64,000 bases of DNA from Mytilus californianus. Taxonomy: Eukaryota. Both the position numbers and the translations under genes were made by a program. Shown piece after piece: positions 14,242 to 27,000 of the stretch. Location of the stretch: contig NW_026262723.1 in the NCBI RefSeq assembly GCF_021869535.1, positions 1,612,001 to 1,676,000 on the forward strand, written 5' to 3'. The notes below the pieces were generated by a model. It had not been told where the DNA came from. It saw only the letters and a list, made by a program, of their open reading frames with translations, and did no database searches. The first letter of the stretch is position 1. Every line of letters begins with the position of its first letter.

Positions 14242-15952
14242 TGTAGGACTCGGAGGTGCGATGGGGACGCTGAAGTCCGATGGTCACGCTGAAGTGCGAT
14301 GGTCTCCGCCGAGTGGTCTATATAAGCCATTAATTGGAATATCCGTTTCACAGATGATAACGGATATGTTCCTAATGTCGTAACTACAATCCTGTCCCCT
14401 TTTCCCGAATTTGACCTACCGAATTAGACTTATTACCGGGTTTGTACTAACATGAGCAACACGACGGGTGCCACATGTGGAGTAGGATCTGCTTACCCTT
14501 CTGGAACACCTGCGGTCGACCCAAGTTTTTGGTGGGGTTCGTGTTGCTCAGTCTTTAGTTTTCTATGTTGTGTTTTGTGTATCATTGTTTGTCTGTTGGT
14601 CTTTTTCTTTTTTAGCCATGGCGTTGTCAGTTTATTTTCGACTCATGAGTTTTAATGTCCCTCTGGTACCTTTCGCCTCTCTTTTACAGTTCCATACTAA
14701 ATGATAGATTGTTTTCTTTAAATTTGCTGCATTATGACATTATTCTGCGTTAACAGCTTATCTTTACTTTGTTCCTCTCATCTGAGATTACTGAAAGTAA
14801 CATCAACTTTCAGCTCTCATGATTTTCACGTTAACCGTAATATCATAATACGGGGAGTACCTCTGCGGACCCATATGTAGTTGGAGAATTCCAAGCTCCA
14901 TCGTACATAAAAAAAAAAAAAACTTCTATAGATTTCGAAAAAGAATCATATTTACATTTTCCCTGTCTACTAATTATATCCCTTTTTCGGTAGTATTAAA
15001 AGAATACAAGTTGTATTCATGTTGAATATGCAAAAACATTCCATATTTTCTTCAGTTGCAGAAAAAAACACCGACGGTAATAAACTAATATAAGGCCCTT
15101 ATGTAATTGCATCTTAAACAGCTATGACAATATCAGTCATTGAAATTAACACTGGTTTTAATGGAAAATAATCTTGTATGTAGCGTCTTGAATGACTGTA
15201 TGAACGTTGGCTTATTTTTGCCAAAAGCGAACTACAACTTTACAATTATGACTGGAAATATTTATAATGGCACCCTTAACGGAGTCGGGGTGACATATTT
15301 TTATTCTACTTTTCTTTTTTCTTATTTTTCTTATTATTTTTCTTCCACTTTTTTTGTCCAGCTTATATCTCGGAATTGTATGAACCAATTGTCATGGAAC
15401 TATACCATAATGTTAACCAGCATGTGCAGATTTGCAATCGGGGTATGTCATAATCAAGATGACTGCCGTTACCATGGAAACAGCAAAAATGTCTAAACTT
15501 TCAAAATGCTCCATCTTTAATGAAACTTTACAACAATGTTATTGGCATGTGTAGATGCGCTCTTTGACTTTCGAATTTTCAAAATGGCTGCCGTTACCGT
15601 GGCAATGGGGAGAAGGGTGCCATCCGTTATTGCTCGCAATTACAAATCTAGTTATGACTGTTTTTAATTAAACAGGTTACTGTTCTCGATAATTCACTTA
15701 ATAAACATGAAACGCTGCTTCTAGCAAACAAATTTACCTTTTCGTCGACATGGGACACATTAACAATAAAGGTTGGGTAATCCATCGCACCTCAGCGTAA
15801 CCACCATCGCACTTCGGCGTAGCTATCAACAAGATAGCGTCACAATGCCACCATCGCAATCAGCGTGATCAAAAACGTACTTCAGCGTCAAACCATCGCT
15901 CTTCAGCGTGACCATCGCAGTTCGGAGTACCATCGCGGTTCAGAGTCCTACA
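14242..15952. mobile_element. TIR element with ~20-bp subterminal repeats in a TA context, with nested insertions
   Basis: (TA)n-tgtaggactc ... gagtcctaca-(TA)n. Both arms carry repeats of the cgatggtcacgctgaagtg type in opposite orientation (14257-14310 and 15780-15940). Confidence 0.7.
14330..14690 (+). mobile_element. 5'-truncated 3' end of a Penelope-like (Naiad-type) retroelement
   Basis: atatccgtttcacagatgataacggatatgttc encodes ISVSQMITDMF, matching the RT C-terminus at ~36345-36375 (VSVSKLTNDIF). Tail fragments also occur at ~18325-18385, 29326-29450, 44405-44555 (reverse), 47430-47485 and 54458-54505. Confidence 0.7.
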
Positions 15953-18900
15953 TATATATAGGGTCATTTCCGTATACCAGGAATATAATGTAAATATTAA
16001 CCTTTTCCCAAATTTCATCTGAATTCTGATGTGCACTCTTATCATGTACATGAATTATCAAAATCTTCTTCAAACAGACCTTAAACAATTTGGCAACGAA
16101 ACTAATCTTTCCTCTGAGAATCTTTCCGGGGTTTCTTTCCTTTTTGATTATTTTATTAGAGCATACGATTTCCCCGAATATTTACATATCTGAATACCGA
16201 AGTATAACATGCATAATGATAAATAAAGCAAACATGTACGTATTACATTCGGAAGCTCGTGTAACACTTGTTTCACATAGAAAAATAATTACCTTTGGAA
16301 GATCGTGTAGCTCTTGAATCAAAATAAATAGTGCATTGTTAGCTTTGTTGTCCCCTAATTTTAATGTTTATTTACTTATATGCACTTAAAATGAACAGCT
16401 TCTACAACACATTGGTCTAGTGATTAAGTTTCGGTCTGTTCCTGATAAAATTGAGAATGGAAATGGGGAATATGATAATTATCTGCATGTAAACTATTAC
16501 ATTTGTTAACAAATGTTTTTAGCCGGTTTGTCTCCGAGCCGGCGATCGTCTGAAGTATTATATAACAATAAATAGTTAGTGTATGTAATGTACTTTATAA
16601 CTTCATATAGTAATTTCTTTTGATTTGTTTATATGCCAGTATAGATTATTATCTAATTAGCGTAGCTTAATTAATTCAACCCCAAATAAAGTTCCGTAGC
16701 TGGTTCCTTACCGTCTACGTATTGTAAGCAGGCGGAAATGTTTCTGTATTCAATTTGTTTTAAATTTATGACAACTCGGCCAACGGCCAACTCGCTATAC
16801 TCAAACACTCTTACTAATTATTACAAGTTGCATCACAAACTCGCACCACTCAAACTCGGAAGAAATGTGTTTTTATTCATTAGATTGTTTTCTTCTTCTG
16901 TGCGTACATTCCTCCTTTCTCGGAGGACCCATGTCAGAGAGACAAAACTCGCACCACTCGAAAAAAAAAAAAATACAACACACTCGCATCACTGAAGACA
17001 TGTTTTAAATCATGGTCTTCTCTCAGTTATTTCCTCCGTTCTTTGAGCACCCGTATCACACAGAGCCTGAACTTGACTCGCACCTTTCGAAGATAAAAAA
17101 TACTACGAACTAACACCACTGAGAAATGTTTTAATCATCAGTGTTTTGGTTGTCGTCTTCTCTCCTGAGTTATTTCCTCCGTTCTTGGAGCACCTGTGTA
17201 GTACAGAGATAGAAGCTACTAACTGGACATTTCAATTAGTTCTCAAGACGCGGTTTTTTTCTAGTATTTAGTATAATAAAACTTTTTACCCCTTAAACGG
17301 CGTGTTCCAACGAAGTATACAGCTATTTGAGAAATATACATTGAACTTAGTACAGTGGGAACGTATTGCATAAGCAACATTTCAAACAAAATTGAATTCT
17401 ACACGAAATTATCAAATCTGCTGACATTTTCTGTTTTTATATAAAAGAGAAATGATAAAATCATATCTACGTCATTTTTTTTATTTAGTCTGTTTTATTC
17501 TATGCTTTGTCTATTTTTCCGGCTGACCGGAAGAATAGTAACTTTCTATTTTGTATAGCGGAGTTGACCGAGTTTCGGTATTACAGAGTTAATAACATGT
17601 GTTTACTCCCTTAATACAGTTTGTCTAGAGAAAATCAGGCGTTTCGGGGAACAAAAAAACTGCTATTTAAAAAGAGTATACATAAGAGTTTGGAATGGAC
17701 CCGCTGCTCTGCAATAGCCACCTACATGAGTTGTTGAAAATTGTCTATACGCTTAGAACCGTGGCAACCTTTAGTACTTAGTAAAACAGAATTAGCGATC
17801 AGTCATCGGTCAGTCATCAATCAGTCAACGTTAGGATAGTATAAGTAACATATTAGATACAATCGTTGTAGATTTGTGCTTTTTTCATATTCGGTTATAT
17901 AATTTGCCATACTATTAGAATTATGCATATAGGTTTAAACAATTGAAGATTAATACAATGTAAATTTAAAGTTGTTTTAGAACATTCAAAATGCATGCAT
18001 TTCCACGATTCACAGTTCACAGTTGGTAATTAGGCTTGGTTCTTGTAAACACTTGAAAGTTGTAAGCATCCGTTCGGATTTGAGTATATATCATTCATTT
18101 ATTGATTTATCGGTAACTGTTGTCCGGTGAACTTTTAGGATTCAACAGGTTCATGAGGTAAAATCTGTTGCTTCTGTGGTTCGTCCCCAACCAGTGAGGG
18201 GTTCGCCACCGGCCGGCCCATCTCCGATCAGTCAAAGAGTAATAACTACGATCGAGTACATGCAAGTGCATTCTGTACAAGACATCTGATTTAACTTATT
18301 CTGACTGTTTTCCTTGCTGCGCATTGTCAGTTTGTTTTCGATCTATGAGTTTGACTGTCCCTCTGGTATCTTTTGTCCATCTTTTATATATCCCGAACAA
18401 TCAACGGAAGCCCCTCAATAGAAAGGGGTTTTTTTTCGCATGAGATTATGTCGGCGTTACAGAGTAAATAACATGTGTTTATTCCATTAATACAATATTG
18501 GAGACAACAACCCGGCCACCAAGATATAGTCAATAGTGCTGAATGTAGCCTTATCCAATACAAATCTATCAATCAATCACAAAGTGGCAAACATTGATCT
18601 TTGAAGTCTTAAATCTGAAGAATTCAGGGTATGAATACAAGAAGATTTGCAAAACATGAATTATATGAAAAAAGAAGTCAATCCAACGACAAAAAGCAAA
18701 CAAAAAACCTATCAAGTATCTTTAGGAAATGGTCTTCAATAAGAGTCCTATAAAAGAATAAGGAGATATGGTATGATTGTCAATGAGACAACTATCCATC
18801 AAAGTTAAAATGAAGTGAATGTAATCTAGTCTATATCATATGTCAAGCTATATAAAATCTGGAAAAAACTATAACAAGTCATTTCCTTCGTCAAAACGAG

Positions 18901-19824
18901 GCGTTATATATATATGAAACTGTAATTGCAATTGTAGCCTACTTGCATTTCTAATTTTGATATTCATGGAAACTCTTTCAAAATTAACATAATATTAATT
19001 TTGTTTTTAATACTAGATTTATTTTCGTTACCAAATGTCGCTACTGTACTATTTGACGTTGTTTAATAATTATTACGACGAAGAAAAAAATACATCATTT
19101 TCTTCTGCAATCATTACATTGTTTTCAAGTTTCAAGTCCAACTAAAAATGAAATAATGCTTACGTGAATACATATCAAAGAGTCTGGATAGGGTTTACAG
19201 AATATCAGGGCAAACAATAGAGAATAAAGTAAAAGGCGAAAATTTTAAACAGTATAGAGGAAAATAGTTCAAAACAAAAGAGAATGCTGGTGTGGTAATG
19301 TATTCAGAATAGAGAATTTCGGCAAAGAAGTTAAAAATAGAGAAACAAGACCCAAACACCACCACCAACACACTATAAATTAGACTTATTTAGTGACTAA
19401 CGATTAAGTTTAATATGTATGTATTTCCCGTTTCCACTAGAATCATTTTTCTTTTCTTTTCTTTTCATAATCATGTTAATATTGACGATTTCTCTGTTTG
19501 TTATTCAACTTCATTTTTTTATATACTAGTATTCATTCTAGTCATGTTTCAACAAAACCTATATATCTCGTTACTGTCTGACAATATTTTTAACTCGAAC
19601 TCTACTTCGTCTTGTAACTCGATTTCTCACTCGAACTATTACTCGGACCTTTTCTCGAACTCAAAGTATAACTTAAACTTTAAACTCGAACCCAAACTCG
19701 AATACGAACTTGAACTCAACTTAAATTCGAACTGGAACTGGAACTCATTTTCCAACTCAAAGGTTGATCACACTCTGTTCAAAATTTGAAACAACAATAT
19801 AAGCATTTATCCCCGGCTTAAATT

Positions 19825-20295
19825 AAAAAGAAGATGTGGTATGATTGCCAATGAGACAACTCTCCACAAGAGACCAAATGGCACAGAAATTAACACCTAT
19901 AGGTCACCGTACGGCCTTCAACAATGAGCAAAGCCAATACCGCATAGTCAGCTATAAAAGACCCCGAAATGACAAATGTAAACCAATTCAAACGAGAAAA
20001 CTACCGGCCTAATTTATGTACAAAATATGAACGAAAAACAAATATGTAACACATCAACAAACGACAACCACTGAATTACAGGCTCCTGACTTGGGACAGG
20101 CACATACATACAGAATGTGGCGGGGTTAAACATGTTAGCGGGATCCCAACCCTCCCCCTAACCTTGGACAGTGGTGTAACAGTACAACATAAGAACGAAC
20201 TATAAAAATTCAGTTGAAAAAGGCTTAACTCATCAGAAGGATACACATAGAAATACATCTAACAAATTCAAAGAGGGGACGTGGCCGGGTACTAG
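19825..20295 (+). repeat. Near-complete copy of a very abundant dispersed repeat (aagatgtggtatgattgccaatgagacaac...)
   Basis: Partial or diverged copies at ~5320-5460, 13790-14110, 18770-18810, 23500-23680, 25135-25765, 31960-32145, 37060-37340 and 57225-57245. Recalled as a common Mytilus repeat; class not determined. Confidence 0.85.
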
Positions 20296-22603
20296 TATAT
20301 TTCTAGAATTTTTATTGGTTAACGCACGTCGTCACAAAACCCATAGCCCCGGGTTGTTCCAAACCCATATACCCGGAGGTTGCTACCTATTACACCGGGG
20401 AACTTCACGCGCGTTTTCCTTAGTTCCATGGTTGTTCCTTGTTGTCTTTGATGTTTGACTTTCACAACATTGGGCGCCAAATTTGACCCATTCCAGTTCC
20501 TCTGTCTCTGGATTAAAAACGTCTTATATTTGACCATCTGAAGGGTTGTACCAAAAGTAGTACCCTACGTTGCTTTCACGTTACACTTTGTGGTCGAATT
20601 TATCTAAAAAACGCCAGATTTGGACTAAGACCGGGGATGAATTCGTTATATATGTTCACAGGTGGTTCATACCTGTAGATATTTTAACACCCTTCTGTAC
20701 GGCTTCGCCTCAGGGTGAACTTGGATACTTCAGGGTGTTAAAATATCCATATCCACGGATATGAACGCAGCTATCTTATATTGTATCTCTTATACAACAT
20801 GTATATTGTAGATTGTATCGGTTTTTATTGTCTTTCTATGGCTGCATGTTTTGTTAATCTACTAAAATATGAATATTCATTACCCAGCTATGACGTTTCG
20901 ACCGATGTTTGCTATTGATTCTGCTAGAAATTCTGCTTCCAAGATTGACTTGGCATATGCTTTCTTTGTAGTTAGAAAGTTTTTACAAGTCACAGGTGTT
21001 TTATTACAAACTTTAATATTTCGGTTTATTTTCATTAAGAATTTACAACCGCCTTAGTTATGTGAATCGTAAAAAAGTATATAACATACACACTTATTTT
21101 GTTCATAAACAACTTGTCATGATCAAGAGACACCAACTACGTTACCTTTATTTTATTATCTCTTCTACTTCTTGAAAAATGAATGTTTAGCTGATTGATT
21201 TTCGAGAGAAAAAAATTAAATATGTGTAAAATTAACTGAATAATATGTTAAAAAAAACGTGTCTTCTAGTAATTTTGTGTTGTTTATTTAATTCGTTCGT
21301 ACTTTGGGGATTGTAAGATTTTACTAGGAATGACACTGTGTTTTTAAAGTTTTAAAGAGGATTAGGGTGGGGAGGGGGGGGGGGGGGAGCACTTACTATG
21401 TAATGAGTGTTAGGGATGAGCCGCTGGAATAGGTCACTATTTCATGCTCCATGATATATGAAAAGGGCGAGAAAATCAGATTAAATATATTAATAGGTTG
21501 CTTGATTATATCATAAGTATTTGAAACTATAATCAGTTGTCAGTATTTAATTTCGGTGCGGTAAAATCAGAGTCGTAAATGCATCAGTTATTTGTCAATC
21601 CACTAATCTCTATTTATTCCAATGTGGTATTTCCACTGATGGTAGTTATAATATAGCTAGATGCTATAAATCCGACCATTTTGACATGTGCACCTAATTA
21701 ACATTCAAAGGTTTGTATGAATGAAACATGATAACAATTATTAAAAGAAATTCCATAGTGTCAAGAGTAATGTAACTTTTTATCAGTTTTTCATTATATA
21801 ATATAAAACCCTGTGAAAGTGTAACTCTCTGGGAGTGTTACCACATTTATCTTACCAAACAAATTTTATTGTCTATTGAAATTGAAATTTCTTCAAAATG
21901 AAAGATATAAAAGGGTCAAATAGAGGAAACTGAAAAGCAAGGTGTGTACAATTGCGTTGCTTCTTTACATAAACTTGATGATGAGCGGGACCAAAAAAAA
22001 ATCTCTATACTAATGTACCAGAAGATGAAAAATATCCAAATATATCTATAGGTTTGTTTTTTTTTAATTGATATATGACAAGGTATATATTTTTGACAAA
22101 CAAAATATATGAAAAGGGTGGGGTACTTGATGTCTCAGCTGCTCACCCCTACCAAAAAAATATTGAAGTGTCCCCACCCCCCCCCCCCCCCCCACCCCCC
22201 TCCCCTCGAGGCTATCGCAGCCGTATCATATTTTTTCTAATATTTAGAATGTATTCGCATGTGGTTTATTTTACAAAAGGCAGATAAGACTGGTGGATCC
22301 AGGATCTTAGGTGAGGGGGAGGGGGGCACAAACTTAAACTTTCGCCGAGCGGAGCGATGCGAACATTTTCTTAAGTTATAATTATCGAAATGTCTTTTAT
22401 TAAGCTGAAGACAACCCATGCTTTGCAAATTTTAGGTGGGGAGATGCACGCCCGCTACGTCCCCGCATGAATCCGCTTCTGATATAATGCCATATCAATA
22501 TATAATACTAAAATCTAATTTGAGTTGGTAATGCAATTTTACAAATATCTGATCAATTAACGATTTCTGACATGTATCTTTATACATGTGAAAACTTGAT
22601 TTC

Positions 22604-22770
22604 TAGTTTTTAATACTTGCATTGTGTTTTGTATAATATTCTCATCCCGCCTTGTGTAATATTATTTATTTACAGTTCTTACCAGGCCGGCAGGATATTC
22701 TTTTCACCCCCACCCCAAATAAAATTAGTTGGATACACACTTCGGAGGTATGAATGGGTGGGGAAACTAT
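22604..22770 (-). mobile_element. ~165-bp MITE, copy 2 (inverted relative to 13609-13771)
   Basis: 22616-22770 is the reverse complement of the 13609 copy with only a few differences. Confidence 0.7.
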
Positions 22771-25700
22771 AAAAATATTAACCTTCAAAGGCGGATTATG
22801 GGAGAGGGGAGGGGCAGGGTGCCCCAGCTCATCCTTTTTAGCTACATTTATAATTATACAGACTGTTTACTGTTTTTCTGAGTTTATCTCCGAACGTCGT
22901 CTCGTCGGGGTTCCTCCCCCTTTTTACAGATCCGCATCTGACCTTGTGGTATATTGCCCCTGAACTGTGCACCCATATCATGTATTATATATATAGCATC
23001 GGAAAGAGTCTGATTCCAGCGGATCACCCCTAGCACTCAATTCATTTCACTCGTCCTTCCCCAGGGGTTACTACAAATTAAAATTTTTTAACAATTTAGG
23101 AAAGAAATCTGTTGTGTTTCACTCCTACTTTACAAACCCGAATTCTTTTATTTTAACGAATGTGTTGGTTCGTATCAGCTGTGTATTTGTTTTTTCTGAT
23201 TTCCTTTTTATTTTACTTTTCTTTCGATTTGATACATTTGTTTGCATGGCTTTTGCAAGAAATAATTTCTCTGAAACAAGTTTTTAAATAAAAATATTAG
23301 TTGGTAACAAGAACAAAAAATGGACCAATTTAAGTACACATTCTCGGATGCGCTCGACTAAAGTAACTCAGCACGACGTTTGTTTGTATTTTTTCAGGCT
23401 GTTTAAGACCTTTTGTAAACAATAAAATCTAGGACATTCGAGTTATCTATATGTTTCCAATGCTATCACTAAAATTTTCTGTCGATACCTATTTTTTTGC
23501 ATGGCACACGGTTTTTCTCTGACTTTAATGACGGCTTTTACTAAATCCATTGCATGTTGGATATGTACTGATATTATAATCTTAGGATGTTTACATGCTT
23601 TATTATAAGTTGTCATTGGCTTTCAACTAGCTGTCAGTAACTGCGAGTACTCTCAGATCTATACTTAGTGTCTTTAATTGTTAGGCAGTGGCTTTTCTTC
23701 CGGTTAGCCGGAAAATAGCAAAAATGTCTATTCTTCTGGCCATACGGATGGATAGCTTTACTCTGCTTATATGCTGTTATTCCGGCCATACTCTACTGGT
23801 TAATCCATGAAACACACCTATTCCGTCAAAATAAACTGTTTTTCAAATGAGATCAAAAGAAGCATACAAACATCTAGATATTGATATGCAGCAAATACAT
23901 TTTTGAATTAAAGTCACTATTAGTATTGGAGGAAAACAACTGTGCAAATTGTTTCCATTCTATCATTAAAGCAAATCAAAATGCAAATTAATTTACTGCA
24001 AAGTATACAGCTTATCCAGATTTGTTTTATTCTAAAAGAATTAAGGAAAGGGGGGGGGGGGGGGCAAAAACCACTCTCCTTTTTGTTGGTCTATGAGTCC
24101 GTTTCCTGCAAGGTTACGAATCAGGCCACTAACTTATGGCTTCAATGGAAATATCTGATTCCCAAAGAGGTTCCTGAATTTATCGTTTCCTTGAAGTTTG
24201 GTTCAAATCAGGTCGTGAAATGATTTTGAACGATTTTTCATTTAAAATTTCTGTGATTTTTAACACATACATGTAGAAAATAAGAGAAAATGGTAGGCAC
24301 AAGTAACCCTGTCTCAAAAGTAAGATTGTGTTTACGATAATATCTAACAGAGAAAAAAACATTCATTATTTTTAATTCAAAGAAAAACAGAATAAAAAAG
24401 GAAGAGGGGTTACACCAACCCTGTTATCCTATTCCCAGTCCAGGCATATCAGTGCATTTTCATAGATTTTTAGCCGGAACAATAGAAACTCTGTTTTTGA
24501 TATTAGAGAAAAAGGAGGGATATAAACCCTGCCTACGGTTACCTATAATTGCTTTCATCCACTTGATTTAAACTTTGATGGATAGTTGTCACATTGTCAA
24601 TCATGTTTTTGTCCATTTGGATTTTTGAGTTATTTATAATAAACATTAGTATAATGTAGACACTCATGCATGCATTAATCTCGTCATACATTTTCCGTTA
24701 TTCGGTGTCGTGTGATTACATTTTCACTGTCGTATACTTGTCTGGCACTTTTTTTGTACAAATCTTTTTAATTTTAAAACTACTGAAGAAATCATATAAA
24801 AAACATGAAACTTTAAAAATTCAATGAAATTAGATTTTGATATTTAAACATCCATTTCTATTGACAAACTCTTTCTTGAAACTTGTATTACCATATTAAT
24901 AAATATTGCGATACACCGACATTTATTATTCTTGTAACAAGGTCAGTTTGTGACAATCTAACAGAAACCATTTGAATGATAGTGCCAATAGAAATTTAGA
25001 GGTCTTTGGGTCTGGCATAGGCGTATTAAAAGACAGCTGTGTTGTTTGAATATTGGTGATTTTGTTACCGCTAAAATAAAACCAATCTAAATATAATTGT
25101 TATATAATTATGCACATTCACTGTAAATCAGCATTTCACGAATTCATGATTTTTTCTGACTGTTAATGACACCTTTACACTAAATAGATTAGATGTTGGA
25201 TGTGTACTGATTGATATTTTAGTCTTAGAAACTTGTTTTTTTATTAGTTGTTATTGGTTTTGAATAAACTGTCAGTAACTGCCAGTCCTCTCATATCTGT
25301 TCTTAGTGACTTTCTTGTTGTTGTAGGTATATATAAATATCCTGCCACGTCCGGTCTGTGTTTTGTTAAGATGTTTTTTTTTCTGTTTTGTAATGATCTA
25401 ACGATCAAAGCCCTTATCAACTAAATTTCATATCTAATGATTTAAGCCCTTTTTCGGGAACATTTATAATAGTTTGTTATTATGCTGTATTGTTTCATCA
25501 CTGTTTCAGGTTAGGAGGAAGGTTTGGCTCCAGAAAACTAGTTTAACCCCGTTTCATGCAGTATACTCAGAGCATGTATTTCAGTGGTAGTCGTTTGTAG
25601 TTGTAATAATATGTATTTTTTGGTCCTTGGTTTGTACATGAATCGGACCGTTTTCTTTCTCGTTAGAATTGTTTTACATTTGTCATCTGGGGGCCTTTTG

Positions 25701-25904
25701 TAGCTTACTAAACGGTGTGGGCTCATTATTGAAGGCCAACGGTGACGTATAGTTGTTAACTTCTTGGTCATTGGGTCTCTTGTAGGGAGTTCATAATTAC
25801 CCTAAACATTATTCTGACTATACAAGTGATTGAAATTAAACAAACGTCCAGTGGCAAATATTTGTTATCACTTATATATATATATAGTAAAATATGATAA
25901 ACCC

Positions 25905-27000
25905 CCGTCACACTAGACCAGATCGTACTTCGATCTCTGAAAAATAAATTCAAATGTCGACGGTCGTGGTAAGGTTTTCATAATCGTGATGAGCGTGGAA
26001 CAACTTTGAACATGTTCAACCCAATCGTGGTGCGGTCGTGGAGAAATCAGGTCGTTGTAAAAGCGTAGTGAGAGCGCAGTAAGGTCGTGGTAAGATCGTA
26101 CAGGTTGCTGTACCATCGTAGCAAAAGCGCGATTCTAGTCGGAGAGACTGAGCTACGATCTCACAGCGACGTTACTACGACCTTACTACGACAATCACAT
26201 TCTCCCCACGACCGAATAACGCTTCTACTACGACTTTATCACGTTTATATCACCCTGTTCAAGACCATAGTACGATTCTAGCACGCCCATGCCGTCCTCA
26301 TCACGCTCTTCTTACGACCTGACTATACGTTCATACCACGACCATTTCGAGTTCTAGTCATGCTCATTGTCATTGTCAGATAAAATATAAAAAAAGCTCT
26401 CCAGGTTTTGTTTGAAACATCAACTTCATTTGAACCATGAAAATACAAGACCATGTAAATGTAGTTATTCTTCTACAATCATTAACACAGAAACACAATC
26501 TTAACGACCTGGCCATGATATTGTTATTGAGAAAGCGAATAAGAAGAATAAAAAGAAACTTTAGACTTTTAGGCCTGTTGGGGTTGATCTTAGTTTTCCT
26601 CCGAAAGGAGGCTCCAGTGTGGTCATTATGGTCAGTTGATGAACGAGTTACGATTCGAGGATGAACCTTCCTTCTTTAATTTTCTGAGAATGCCACCAGA
26701 GATGTTCGATGCATTATATTTGAAAAAGTTAAACCAAGAATCAAGAAGACAGATACTCTATATAGAAGAGCCTTGTCGCCTGGTTTCAAATTTACCATCA
26801 CATTAAGACAATAAGCTACTGGTGAAAAGTATTCTACCTAGCAGTATGACTTAAGAGTTGCACGGAATACTGTAAGCAAATTTTTACCCGAGGTTTGCCG
26901 AGCAATAGTTGAAGAATATAAAGATGAGGTGATTTCATAACCAACTGACCCAAATGATTTGAGGGATATCGCAGACGAATTTCAAAAGAGATGGAACGTT
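25905..27000 (+). pseudogene. PIF/Harbinger transposon relic: left terminus plus disrupted N-terminal transposase
   Basis: TAA|acccccgtcacac terminus. From 26621 the sequence translates, across a frameshift and stops, as GHYGQLMNELRFEDEPSFFNFLRMPPEMFDAL/.EKVKPRIKKTDTLYRRALSPG...TLRQ*ATG...RVARNTVSKFLPEVCRAIVEEYKDEVI..P...IADEFQKRWN, a HARBI1/ALP1-like N-terminus cut off just before the first catalytic Asp. Confidence 0.9.

Noticed and set aside
13609-22770. A single 9-kb foldback transposon bounded by 155-bp TIRs
   Set aside because: Each copy has its own short TIRs, and no shared target duplication flanks the 9-kb span.
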